A stretch of 64,000 nt of DNA from positions 89,342,001 to 89,406,000 of the forward strand of contig OX597823.1 of assembly GCA_951406725.2 (NCBI GenBank), written 5' to 3'. Of the stretch, positions 52,253-64,000 are shown piece by piece. The translations under genes were made by a program, and so were the position numbers. The DNA comes from Octopus vulgaris (lineage: Eukaryota). The notes under the pieces were generated by a model that saw only the letters and a program-made list of their open reading frames with translations, was not told the origin of the DNA and searched no databases. The first letter of the stretch is position 1, and the number at the start of each line of letters is the position of its first letter.

Positions 52253-53699
52253 TGAAGAGCTTGAGAAGAAATCCCCCGGACACTATTTCAAGGTTCCGAA
52301 GCCAGTATCTCAAACTTGAAATAGTGAAGATACCTACCACGCATGTAAAGGAAACGTGAGCGGATAGAAATAAAAAAAGAAAAGAGTTACTAAAATATGA
52401 ATACCAACAGTAGAAGTAGAAAAACACTTCTAAGCAAAAAGAAATTACGTTACTAAAGGAACGCGAAGAAAAAAAAACACTTCTCTACAAAACGAAACAA
52501 TAATTACAGACTAGAAACAAAATACACAGAAGAGAAACATTTAGATAAGAAATAACACAACAGAAATGCTACAAAAAATGAAAAGATGAAAATCAAAGTG
52601 GAATTCCAAAAATATCTTTAAAAATAAGAAAAAATCCACTCCAAGGTGAATACCACTCAAGGTTCAACAAAGGAAAAGTAATCCAGAGTGAAAGGTAACA
52701 ACATCTCAAAAGCTTTGTGCTAAGAATGAAAGTTATTCGACTTAAGATTCACAGAACTAAAGCCAAGCAACAAACAATTTCAAAAATGAAGAACGATGCT
52801 AACATCAGGTAAAGACTATGCGAAAAAAAAAATTTACGCCAACGGCTGGCTATGCAACTAATAAAATAAGACAGTTGACTAGAATATCGCCGGATCCACA
52901 GTTTTTTGTTCAGTTCGAATTTATTTGCAGATGCGATCGAATTGGCAGTTATATCTACAGGGAAATATGCTGATAGGTCGATGAAAAAATAGATCAACAA
53001 GTGTCAAAACTGTACATACCCTCAACCTTCTGGAGATTAGCTGTCCAGAGTAATGGTATTTGGCCACAGACATTCAGACATTATCTGTCTAGGCTAATAG
53101 TGACTCTAAGGCAAACCCTTCAGCTATAAAAATGAACTTGAATGAAAATGTTTATTCTATGACACATACCTCAATTCTTTCTCACCAAAATATTGTTGGA
53201 GTCGAGTATTTGAGAAACGTCCTATGCATATAAAGAAAGCATAACCATTACACATACGTATAATGCATCAATCATCTCCTAAAAGAAACCTACATGCATA
53301 GAGCTCCTATCGCATTCACTTACAATATTTTCAAAAACGATGAAGTCAACTGTCGTTAACAATGACCTTCCACAATATATAAATTTCTCTTCTCTCACTC
53401 TAATGACTACCAGCACGGCTTTCATAAAATAAAATTTACTATAACCCTTGTCCTTATGAAATCCGACGAAAAAATTATTATTGTTTTTGATATCAGTAAA
53501 GCTTTCAATTTAGTCTGAAGTGAGTGCGATATTTGGCAGTCAGAGGAACTGCCATTCTTGGAAATGAGACACACTATAGCTTGCTTTGAAAGTTGTGTCA
53601 TATCTTTGGAAAGAAAGAGAGAGAAAGAGAAGTGAGAGAGAGGGACAGGGAGAGAATGAAGAGTTTGGTGAATATGAAAGCTCGCTTTGGGTTGCATTG

Positions 53700-54600
53700 T
53701 TTTATGGAAGTTATGAAGTTATGAAGTTATGAAGTTACCTGATGTACCTTCGCATTTGGTGTGCATCTGTTTCCGGTAATGAGTCAGGTGGAATGCAAGG
53801 GTTAGCCTTTTGAGGAAATTTCTCCTTATGGAGTTGGATACAAAGAGAGTTGTGAAGGTAGTGGCGTTCTTCTGTGGGAGTACTGCTCACAAACACATCA
53901 TAATTGAAAGTGAGTGAAAAGAGGCCTGCAAAGTTTGGTAAGCATATTTTTGGTTAAGAACCAAACAAAAAATCGATCGTAGTTTTGGACACTCATGGAC
54001 TGAGTGGCGCGTTTTATAGAGATATCATTCGCAATTAGGATGAGGGTTTTAAAACAGTTGCAGTGTTGGGTAATCGCCGTCCAATTTGTAAGGGTGGGTG
54101 CATTGAGACCGTTATGGTCCAGCAGAAGTGGCGTTCGGAGACGAGAAAGCACTGTGTATAGGAAATTAAACTATTTTATATAGAGCATTAAAGATTTCCA
54201 TATTCTACTCCAGCCGTATCAGTATGAAATGAATGTCAGAATAAATAAAAACATTGCCGCCATCCACCAAGGATATAAATATGGAGAAGGACGAACCGAG
54301 ATAGATGTCCGCGATGCTCTAAGAGATGTAATCAATAATTACTACTCATTAGAGAAATTCGGAGACTGATAGAGATAGATGAGCCATTAAGAAGAGATCG
54401 TGGACGAAAAAAATGACTAGAGGTTTTTGTCGATGGTGGCCTTACATACAATAAGGGAAGAGTGAAACCAAACCTATAGAGTCGCCAACACTATTTGTCA
54501 CTGTAATGCATAAGGCTGAAGATTTGGAGTAAAGTGTAAAACTTTGAGTTTGGGAGACTTTAGTCACGGAGAAGAAAATGTTCTATCAATTACACATTAA
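53700..54600 (-). pseudogene. Highly decayed CR1/L2-group LINE fragment (EN-RT linker region)
   Basis: RFFVWFLTKNMLTKLCRPLF resembles the FWSLAKNISNNF linker of CR1-group LINEs; weak similarity. Confidence 0.4.
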
Positions 54601-55189
54601 GAAAGGGTTGGGGTGTATGAAGGTGAGTCTCGGTTAGGTAGGAGTCTATTAATTTATGTATGTGTGCGTACGTAGTTGTGTGTGCGTGTGCGTCTGAGTG
54701 TATGTGTCTGCGTGAGTGCGTGCGTGCGTAGGTGTGTTTGTATAATAAATTCTCCTCTACTAAAACTATTGAGTCCTTTTACCAGTAAATACTTGTTGTT
54801 TATAACTACTTAATAATTTAACTATTCTAACGTTAAAGCGTACATGTGTGTGATTAGTTATTCTCTCTCTGTATCTCTCTATCTATTTTTTACCTATATG
54901 TGTGAGGGTGTGTGGGTGCGTGGGTGTGTGGGTGCGGGTGTAAGTATATACATGTGTATATATATATATATATACACACAAACATATATATACATATATG
55001 TCTATGTGTACGTACACACACACGAATGAAACGGAGGACATCAGCGATTTCACATTTCCTCGTCGCCAGAAGAGATGCATTATAAATATAATATACTGTA
55101 TACTATCAATTGTTTATTGGTGGTAGTCTTATGGCAAAGCGGAATTATAATGGGCGTGTGTGAAACAGAAAGAAAGAGAAAGTGTTAAC

Positions 55190-55222
<33 letters not shown>

Positions 55223-55593
55223 TGGATACACGCGTATATATATATATATATATGTGTGTGTGTTTGTGTGTACGTGTGTGTGTGCGTGCGTCTGTGGGTT
55301 TATGTTTATATATGTACACATGTATATATGTACATTTATGAGTGTACATACACACACACACATTACGGAAGATAGGATTCGCTTTATTTTGAGGGTTGTA
55401 TACAAAAATAGCTGTAAATATAACGGTCAATATAGATATTATTATACTATTATACCCTACCAGAATAATATAATATTTTTTAAAACAATCTCATATAAGC
55501 AAATAAAAATAAATCAAATTCGGAACAGCGACAGAGAGGAAAACATGAAAAATAAAAAGAAGCCTTAATACTAAAGCGATTGTATTTTGTACA

Positions 55594-55640
<47 letters not shown>

Positions 55641-55846
55641 CACACATGTATGTATGTGTGTGTGCATATATATAAAGAACTGATACGCATAAAGCGACTA
55701 AAATATCTACTCTGTCTCTTCTGTATGCTACCAAAATTAGACAACATAAGATATTAAAGAATAATAGACAATCAGTGAGATGAGACAGAGGGAGGAGGAA
55801 TGAAGAGAAAGACAAAAAGAGAGAAAGTAATCACAAAAATGAAGGG

Positions 55847-55885
<39 letters not shown>

Positions 55886-56342
55886 CAGATAAATGGTTTA
55901 TCTCTAAAGATAAACGCTAGTTGTTTGGTTGAATGTAATAAGAAAATAAAATGTACGAACATATAATTGTGACTTAAATAAACGAGAAAAAATAACAGTC
56001 GTAAAACATCTTAAATAGAAAGAATCTTGCTGTATTTTTATATTCATTTACTTATTTATATGTGTGCTTACGTGTTTCTTTCTATGTTATCATGTAGGCT
56101 GGGTACTTACATGAGATTAATCAAGTTAGCTGTTTGCTACGCTGTTGCTGTTGTTTTTTATAGTAGTTCTTACTGTTGCAGCTGTTCTTGTTTTTGTGGT
56201 CGTTGTTGTTTTAGCCAAACCTTATGCACTAAAGCTTCCATCGAGCAGATTTGTAATGAAAATGTTCAAGCTATGCTCACAAACCCCCAACCCCTTATTC
56301 ACCATCTTATTCTCTTTCAATGTATTCAGTATTTTCTTTGTC

Positions 56343-56685
56343 CAGTGTTTCTCAAACATTTTTTATCTATGGACCCCTTGATTACTATATTACTCTGGTT
56401 GACCCCATAGCCATTCGTCGTTTAAAAACTAGATTTATAGATACTTCTTTCAAAATTCCTATTTTGTTTTACACATTAACTTGTGTGGGTTGAAGCATGT
56501 ATAATAATAGATATGAAACCTAGCTGTTTCTTGCAATAAATACATCTAAAGCAAAGCTTTTTTATGAACCCTTACTATACTGCTGTGAATCTCCAATTTA
56601 CTATTTTACTTGCATGGATCCCCTGACTCAAAAAAATTTTATATGAATCCCTAGGAGTCATTTGGACCCTGGTTGAGAACCATTG
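56343..56685. mobile_element. Non-autonomous hAT element (MITE), 343 bp
   Basis: TIRs CAGTGTTTCTCAA / TTGAGAACCATTG; 8-bp TSD TCTTTGTC / TATTTGTC (7/8 match); subterminal GGACCCC motifs. Confidence 0.85.
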
Positions 56686-56801
56686 TATTTGTCACCGTAA
56701 TGCTTTACCTTGTTTTTATATGATGGTAACGTGTGATTTGAGTGGAATTTGGGTGTTATTTGAAGCATAGCAAAACAAGACAAAGCTACCTCCTCTCTCT
56801 C

Positions 56802-56860
<59 letters not shown>

Positions 56861-56979
56861 ACACACACAGTCTAGTGAAACTAACTGAATAAAATTAAAA
56901 TGTTAATTTTTAGTTATTGCTAGGGTCTGATAAAAATAAATTAATTGATTTATCTTCTTCTTGTCAGTCTTTTATTTTT

Positions 56980-57420
56980 TCATTTGCTTCAGTCAGTTGC
57001 CTGCGGTCATGCTGGAACAACACCATAAAGGATTTTTTTTTCGAATAAATGACCCCCAGCTCTTACTTTTAATCTTGGTACTTATTCTAAAATCCCTTGT
57101 ACTGAACCACTAAATTATGGGGACGTAAACAAACCAGTACTGATTGTTAATCAGTGGTGGGGGACAATAACGGCGGAACCCCAGTAAACGGTGGTGCTCC
57201 AGCATAGTCGCAGCTTTGAGCTGAAACTGGTAAAAGAATTTTAAAAATATGTGTGTGTCTGTATACGACGGGCTTCCCCACAGCTTCCGTCTACCAAAGT
57301 CACAAGGGATTGGTCAACGTGGATCTATAGTAGAAGACATCTGTCCAAAGTGTTGCGCTTTGAAACTGTATCTGAAGCCAGATTGTTGCAAAGCGAGCTT
57401 CTTAAGCACACAATAATTAC
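56980..57420 (-). mobile_element. Decayed SINE of the 8680/20750 family
   Basis: Homologous blocks ACGACGGGCTTC...CTATAGTAGAAGACA and tail module. Confidence 0.65.
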
Positions 57421-57869
57421 TGAACCAACACACACATATTTTTTAGTCTAGAGGAAGAAGCACTGCCCATAATCTTTTGCTATCCTAACCAGACCGGTGT
57501 AAGTTTGATGCCATTTATGGTCTATTTAACTGTTGCAGATCAACACTTACAAGAGAGAAGATCCTAAAGGTTTAAAGTTCTGGAGAAGAAAAGACTGAGT
57601 GTAGTTCTTAGTGAGAGGCTAGGGGATTCAGATGAGTGCAATAAGGGTGTCGAAAGGTGGAGAGATGAGTTGGTCAGGGATGTTTAAGTGGCGATGGTGG
57701 TGGTATGGGACCATACAGAAATCGCTATTGTAGTGATAGGAAGAAAGCGACGGATTGCCTGAATCGTTACAATGCCAAGAAAAAATGCTTTGTGTCCCTA
57801 TTCTTAATAGGCCAACTGCTTTTCATCTTTCAGATATCAATAAAATCAAGTACAAGTGTGTGTGTGTTT

Positions 57870-58185
57870 AAAATTGCGAGGCTTAGTGTTTAGGGTATTC
57901 GGTTCACAATCTTAAGGTCATAAGTTCTATTCCTGCCAGCGCGTTGTGACTTTCAGCAAATTTCACGTTGCTCGGTCGATTCAACAGGCACAAATGAGTT
58001 GTACCTGTTATTCAAAGGGCCAGCCTTGTCATTTTCTGCGTCACGCTGAATCTCCCTGAAAACTACGTTAAGGGTACGCATGTTTATGGAGTGCTCAGCC
58101 ACTTGCACGTTGATTTCACGAACAGACGTTTCTGTCGACCGAATAAACTGGAACACTCGTCGTTGTAACCAATGTAGAGCCAGTT
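57870..58185 (+). mobile_element. tRNA SINE homologous to 4717-5042
   Basis: GGCTTAGTGTTTAGGGTATTCGG head; body TCACGCTGAATCTCCCTGA...CGTTAAGGGTACGC...GCACGTTGATTTCACG. Confidence 0.8.
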
Positions 58186-59061
58186 AAATTAACACAGACA
58201 CACAAACACACACACACAGACATACATACACATACGCACACACACTCACACACATTGGTGAGTGGTGTGTGTGTGTGTGTGCGTGTGTGTGTGTGTGATA
58301 TGTGTAAGCGCAATATGGCAAAACGTCTAAGAAGTTCGCTTCGCAACCACTGGATGTCACCTTAGTTAAATGTAATTTTCTGTAACCTCGGGTACCATAC
58401 CTTTTGAACAAAATTGAAAATTGGATAAACGTAAACTACATAGAAGCCCGTTGGGTAGATTGTGCAGTCTTTTCACACACTGGATCTCACAGATTCTGCC
58501 AGACAATTATATTAAGGGTACACGTGTCTAAGGAAATCTCAGCTAATTGCAAGTTAATTCAGCACCAGATGATTCAGTTAGTTTGGAAAAGAACTTATTC
58601 CGCATCCTCAGACGACGGAGATCCATCAACACTGTGTGTGTTTCTGTCTGTGTCATTGAGATGTCACAACTGTGTATATATAAGTATCAATGACACTGCA
58701 AACCATCAACCTCATTAGTCTGGCGAAGTGAGTCTAATTTCTAATTTATGCCGGCGGCCACTTTTGTAGTTTCAACGAATTAACAACCGGAAATGAAGCT
58801 CTTTAACCAATCAAAGTGGTATTTTTCTTGATTGCAATTTTTTTATCTATAAACGTTTGTGCTTTGCTCATATTTGTCTTTATTAATTTTTTTTTCTTAA
58901 TAAGATGGTTCATGCCATAAAATATATATCAGTAGATACATATATATGCACATACACACACACGCGCACGCACACGCACACACACACATACATGTGTCTG
59001 TGTGTGCGTGTGTGTGTGCATGTATACATATGTTTGTATTATATATGCATCTATACATGTG

Positions 59062-59100
<39 letters not shown>

Positions 59101-60412
59101 TACATATATGCATACATATATACATATATATATATGTATGTGTGTATGTATGTATATGTACAAGATGGACTTATAATGAAGATAAAAGAGGAGATATTGC
59201 TACGTAAATGCTGAAGAGTTTAAAGTCAGGAAACTTATAATGAGAATAGACTAAGTCGAAAACAAACAAGTTATGACTAAAGCCATTAAAATAATAAACA
59301 CAGTCTATCAAAAAGCGTCTAAAACTGATGAATCTGAAAGGTCATCGATGATCTTTCACATATATAATGTAACAACCCATCTTTGATCTTTAATTCTGTT
59401 ATAACTTCGTTCGCCTTATATACTCACAAATACGACAAATATACAAAACCTAAATCACAGTAAAAAAGATAATTAACAATTGTTTATGGTCTTTTATGTC
59501 TTTCATTTACTTGTTTCAATCATTGGATTACGGCCATGCTGGAGCTTCACCTTGAAGGACTTTAGTCGAACAAATCGACCGTAATACATTTTTTTAAAGT
59601 CTGGTACTTATTTTATTGGACTCTTTTCGTCAGATTGCTAAGCGGTGGAAGAACAAGCACAATTAGAAAGACACTCACACAAATATGCACATACATACAT
59701 GTACATACATGTATGCATGCACGTATGTATAAGGGTACAATCCAGGGATCCGATTGTAGGAAGTTTGTAAGCTTCAAGCAGAGAGTAGCCGGTATAGAGG
59801 TTAGCTACCCAGGGGATGTGAATGTACCATCAAAAGTCCAGGAAAAAGATCATTTATGATGAATTAATGAGGAAGTTACTGCTGTCGAAGCATACACTTG
59901 GGTGTATGTACCGACAGACTGTTCAGCCTACACACCAGCTCAGCTATATATTTACATACAGCGGGAACACTCTTGACTCAAAAAATCTTATCTGCTTGTT
60001 AGCGACCGGCTTGAACTCTCTTTAGAACTTAAATAAAACTCAAAGAAAAAACATACATATATGCACTTCTTACCAGCATAAGAACCAGGCTGGAGACTTA
60101 GGTCGTATGCTAGTGAGAATGTTTGTCCTCTAATAAGGCATATGTGTCAAGTGGTGATGTTAAATATGACGGATTAATCTACCATCGAAATACAAAACTA
60201 TCCTTTCGGTGAGGCTCCAAAGTTTTCATTTATCAAATTTCACTCAAAATGCTTTGATCGATCCACCTATGATGGAATACATTTGCTCAAGCTAAAGCAT
60301 CGAGAGAACTTAACTACACAATCATATATGTAGCCATGTTTAATATAATATAGAGGGGGAAGACATGTTACTTGGTGGTTAGGTATTCGGCTCACGATCG
60401 TAAGATAGTAAT

Positions 60413-60625
60413 GCGGCGAGCTGGCAGAATCGTTTGATGTCGAACAAAATGCTTAGCGGCAATTTACCGGCACTTTACGTCCTGAGTTCAAAATCCACCG
60501 AAGTCAATTTTGCTTTTCATCCTTTCGAGGTTGATAAAACAAAGTACTAGTCAAATACTGGAGTCGATATAACCGACTTTCTATTTCCCCTAACAATGAT
60601 GGCCGTGTACCATAATTTGAAATCA
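60413..60625 (+). mobile_element. Nin-like tRNA SINE, near full length
   Basis: GCGGCGAGCTGGCAGAATCG...GAGTTCAAAATCC...TTTCATCCTTTCGAGGTTGATAAA. Confidence 0.8.
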
Positions 60626-61733
60626 ATATAATACAGATGTAGACTTCCCTAAATTGCGATCTCGTTTCAGGAAATGTCCTTAAAAAAGACATTGTCTAAA
60701 CTCTCAGCAAGCCGATGGTGCATTCTGGTTTCGAATCTTCGAATCTTCGAAAGCCGATAATAAAATAGTCATCTAATGTATCTTATTCAATGTATATATA
60801 CCGTTGACAAGCAAGTTAATTTTGTGTTCGTCTGAGAAAAGACATTCCTTAGATATGTACTCTGTTCAAAAACACAATATAAATCGGAGGGAGACGAAAT
60901 ATATCTGATGTTCTTGCTCGCATCTGGTGTTCTCGCTAGCATCTGCTGGGATGATTTTTTTATCTCCGTCCGATATATATTGGGTTTTTTTAACACATTA
61001 CATCTATAAGAGGATTTATGTTTAACGAAAACCGATGTAATTTGCCTGTCAATGAAGTATATACATTAAGTATGATATATAGATGGTTATTCTAGTTTAA
61101 TACTGCCTCGTGTGTACACCGGATTAAACCGACTATTATCGGTTTATAGCAACAACAGAGAAGAATGCAACTTCCTATTCACTATTACTAATAAATATAT
61201 TAACCATTTTCAACCTACAGAAAATATTTTCAGGTTGTCTATGAGGAACCTTTATTGAACAACAGACAAGGCACCAACAAATTTCTTGACCAAATTCCTG
61301 GTCTACATTTGATTCTCTTATTTGTAAGTTAATGGGACTCTGCGTGCAACCAAATTTATCTGAAATCACATTTCGGTTTTCATAAAAACACATTCACGCT
61401 CACATACATACAATGAGGAAAATATATTGGATAATGTAAACTGCAATAGAGTATATATGAACAGAAAGGATGGTCACGGCTAGATTGGCTTCAGTCGCAA
61501 GTTTGCTGAACCGAGACAGACCTGTGGCTAAATAATCAAAGCAACAGCAAGTCATACTCAGGAGAATAATATGAACGTTACAAAATCTCATTTATCTTCA
61601 CCTTTGTGTCTTACGCATTGTAAATGTCTGAAAGGAAATTTAATACAGAGTGGCGTTACGACTAAATCGTTGGTAGCTTTGGAAACGACAACACTACAAC
61701 AATAGACTTCCCGAAAGTGGATCTACTGTAGAG

Positions 61734-62076
<343 letters not shown>

Positions 62077-63699
62077 GTTTATATATAGACCTATGTATAT
62101 CGGTGTCGGTGTCATACTACTAAAGATACATCAGTAACACACATATGTCTTTGAGAATGAATTTTAAATGAGAACTTGGTGTTTATCCGGTTATTGACGC
62201 TAATGTTATTATCCAGAGACTCGATATAGGAAAACTAACTTTGATTCGCAAATATGACACTAATGTAAAGTGTCAGACAAGCTTTGGCAAACTATTTAGA
62301 ACACGGAGAAAAATTTTATGGAAAGCTAACATTAACGAGGACGTCATAGTGTGTATATGAGTGCGGGATTTTTTTTGCTTCACTATGCATGTATGCACAT
62401 TTGTGGTAATGTGTATATTTGGTTTATATGTATGTGTATGCGTGAGTATCAATGTATGTGTGCATTATGTACGTACGTATGTATGTACGTACATATGCAT
62501 GTATATGCATGTATATGTGCGTATGCATGATTGCATGTGTGTTGGTGTATTTGAACATTCCATTGCACACAAATTTCCTTTACTAACACGGGGAAGGAAA
62601 TAAATCTGGACACGTTTTGATTGGTTCGAAAATCGATATAAAAATGTTTTTGCTATAATCATTTATTTATTTATGTATTTATGTATTTATTTTATATACT
62701 TTCATCATGTTTCGTTTTTGTATGTTTATTGTTGTACTTTTGTAGTATGTATATGAGCACAACTATGTATATTTGTGTGTATGTGTCTCTTTCTCATAAG
62801 AAAGTGTGTGTGTGTACGTCTGTGTATGAGTAGTATGTTTGATCAAATTGCCACCTAACAAGAAATCACTTTGAAAATATTATCTAAATTTAATAATAAC
62901 CCTGTGACGAACACTTTCAAGTTTGAAAAAGATACCTGCCACTGGCCAAAAGGGCATTGGGAATTGTTAACAAACTGTTTCAGTTGTTCGTTTAACAAAA
63001 AGTAACTTTTACTGAAACATAACTTTCTAGACAGACGATATATAATGTTAAAAGGAAGTTTCCACTTCTGTGGAGAGCAAAAGAGAAAGGGAGGTGACTC
63101 CACAGAAGTGGAAACTTCCTTTTAATTATGTATGATGGAGGCTTTTGTTGTTCTTGCACTTTTTGTTGTGGTTATTACGGTTGATGTGGTATTTATAGTT
63201 TTATTTTCTTTCACACACACACACACACACACACAACAGAAACACACACACTCACACACACACACATACACACAAACACACTCAACAACAAACAAAATGC
63301 TGACATTGATTTATACACAACCATTTTTTGTCTGGTGTTCTTGTAGTTGTTGTTTCGTTTGTTGTTTTTTATTAGTTCGTTTAAAATATCAAAGAATTGG
63401 TAAACTTGTTTATGACAAAGAGAGAGAGATAGAGAGAGGGGGGAGAGAAAGAAGGAAAGAAATATAGAAATGAGGGAGAAAGAGAAAAAGAGGAGAGAGC
63501 TACCATTTTTCGCCAGTCAACAATTGTAGTCTATGTTCACCAGAACAGAATCGGTTCGTATCGGTGTCAACGGTAATGGTCGTCGTCGTGTTGTTTTTAG
63601 ACCCAGGGTAGCTCTAATGAAGCATACCTATCATAAAAGGAATTCCAGCATATGACCATTCCGTTAATTTTTAGAGAGTTTTTTTTTTTATTTACTGGT

Positions 63700-63900
63700 T
63701 TTAGAGGGTGGGTCAGTGCCCATTGTGCCTTCAGGCCTCCAGGACTTGTGAGGCTGATTTCATTGTTGTTTCGTTTACAATATTGCCAGTCAGCAGTTGT
63801 TGGAAAGACATGAGCGGGGAGGTAATTCCAGCGGGTTTATTTTCTGTTGAGGAAGGATTGGAGATGGGTGCAGGTAACGAGAAGAGGAGAGACAAGTTAA
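63700..63900 (-). pseudogene. 3' end of a CR1/L2-group LINE
   Basis: Minus strand WNYLPAHVFPTTADWQYCKRNNNEISL resembles the C-terminal WNSLP..VFP motif. Confidence 0.55.
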
Positions 63901-64000
63901 TCAACAGTTTTTAATATGATACAATATTAATTTTTACAAGAAAAAGATTGTCAGTGATTTCGAAGTTTCAATTTACTCAGACTGTTTATAAATATATGCA

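Noticed and set aside
58740-58830. CCGGAAAT and CCAATCA motifs as a promoter
   Set aside because: Short motifs expected by chance; no adjacent gene or transcript evidence.
60700-61600. Possible piggyBac or mariner transposase traces
   Set aside because: Similarity too weak to call by eye; would need TBLASTX or HMM support.

Overview
This is eukaryotic, AT-rich, microsatellite-saturated DNA. The SINE families and the simple-repeat load suggest an octopus (inference). I can support no host protein-coding exon, and most ORFs in the track are microsatellite translations. The window is a transposon mosaic. (1) A young, nearly intact Penelope-like retroelement (PLE) at ~9105-18746 (minus strand) encodes RT plus a C-terminal GIY-YIG endonuclease with a CxCx5C linker (Hydra-clade-like). 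It has one homopolymer frameshift, two ~3.5-3.7 kb tandem pseudo-LTRs made mostly of degenerate (CA/TA) microsatellite, an inverted terminal fragment and three hammerhead-ribozyme motifs. (2) Two further PLE remnants with different hammerhead motifs lie at 21.7-24.3 kb. (3) Mariner, maT-like and rosa/DD41D-like transposon relics, an RTE fragment and a decayed Gypsy gag-pol are present. (4) A head-to-tail stack of R4/Dong-type RLE retrotransposon fragments is nested in (TAA)n tracts, and their 3' UTRs share a covarying hairpin. (5) A 5.2 kb near-identical duplication flanks a 100-N gap and is probably an assembly/haplotype artefact. (6) Many tRNA-derived SINEs, MITEs, a degenerate 22-bp minisatellite and simple repeats fill the rest. 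Coordinates of decayed elements are approximate.
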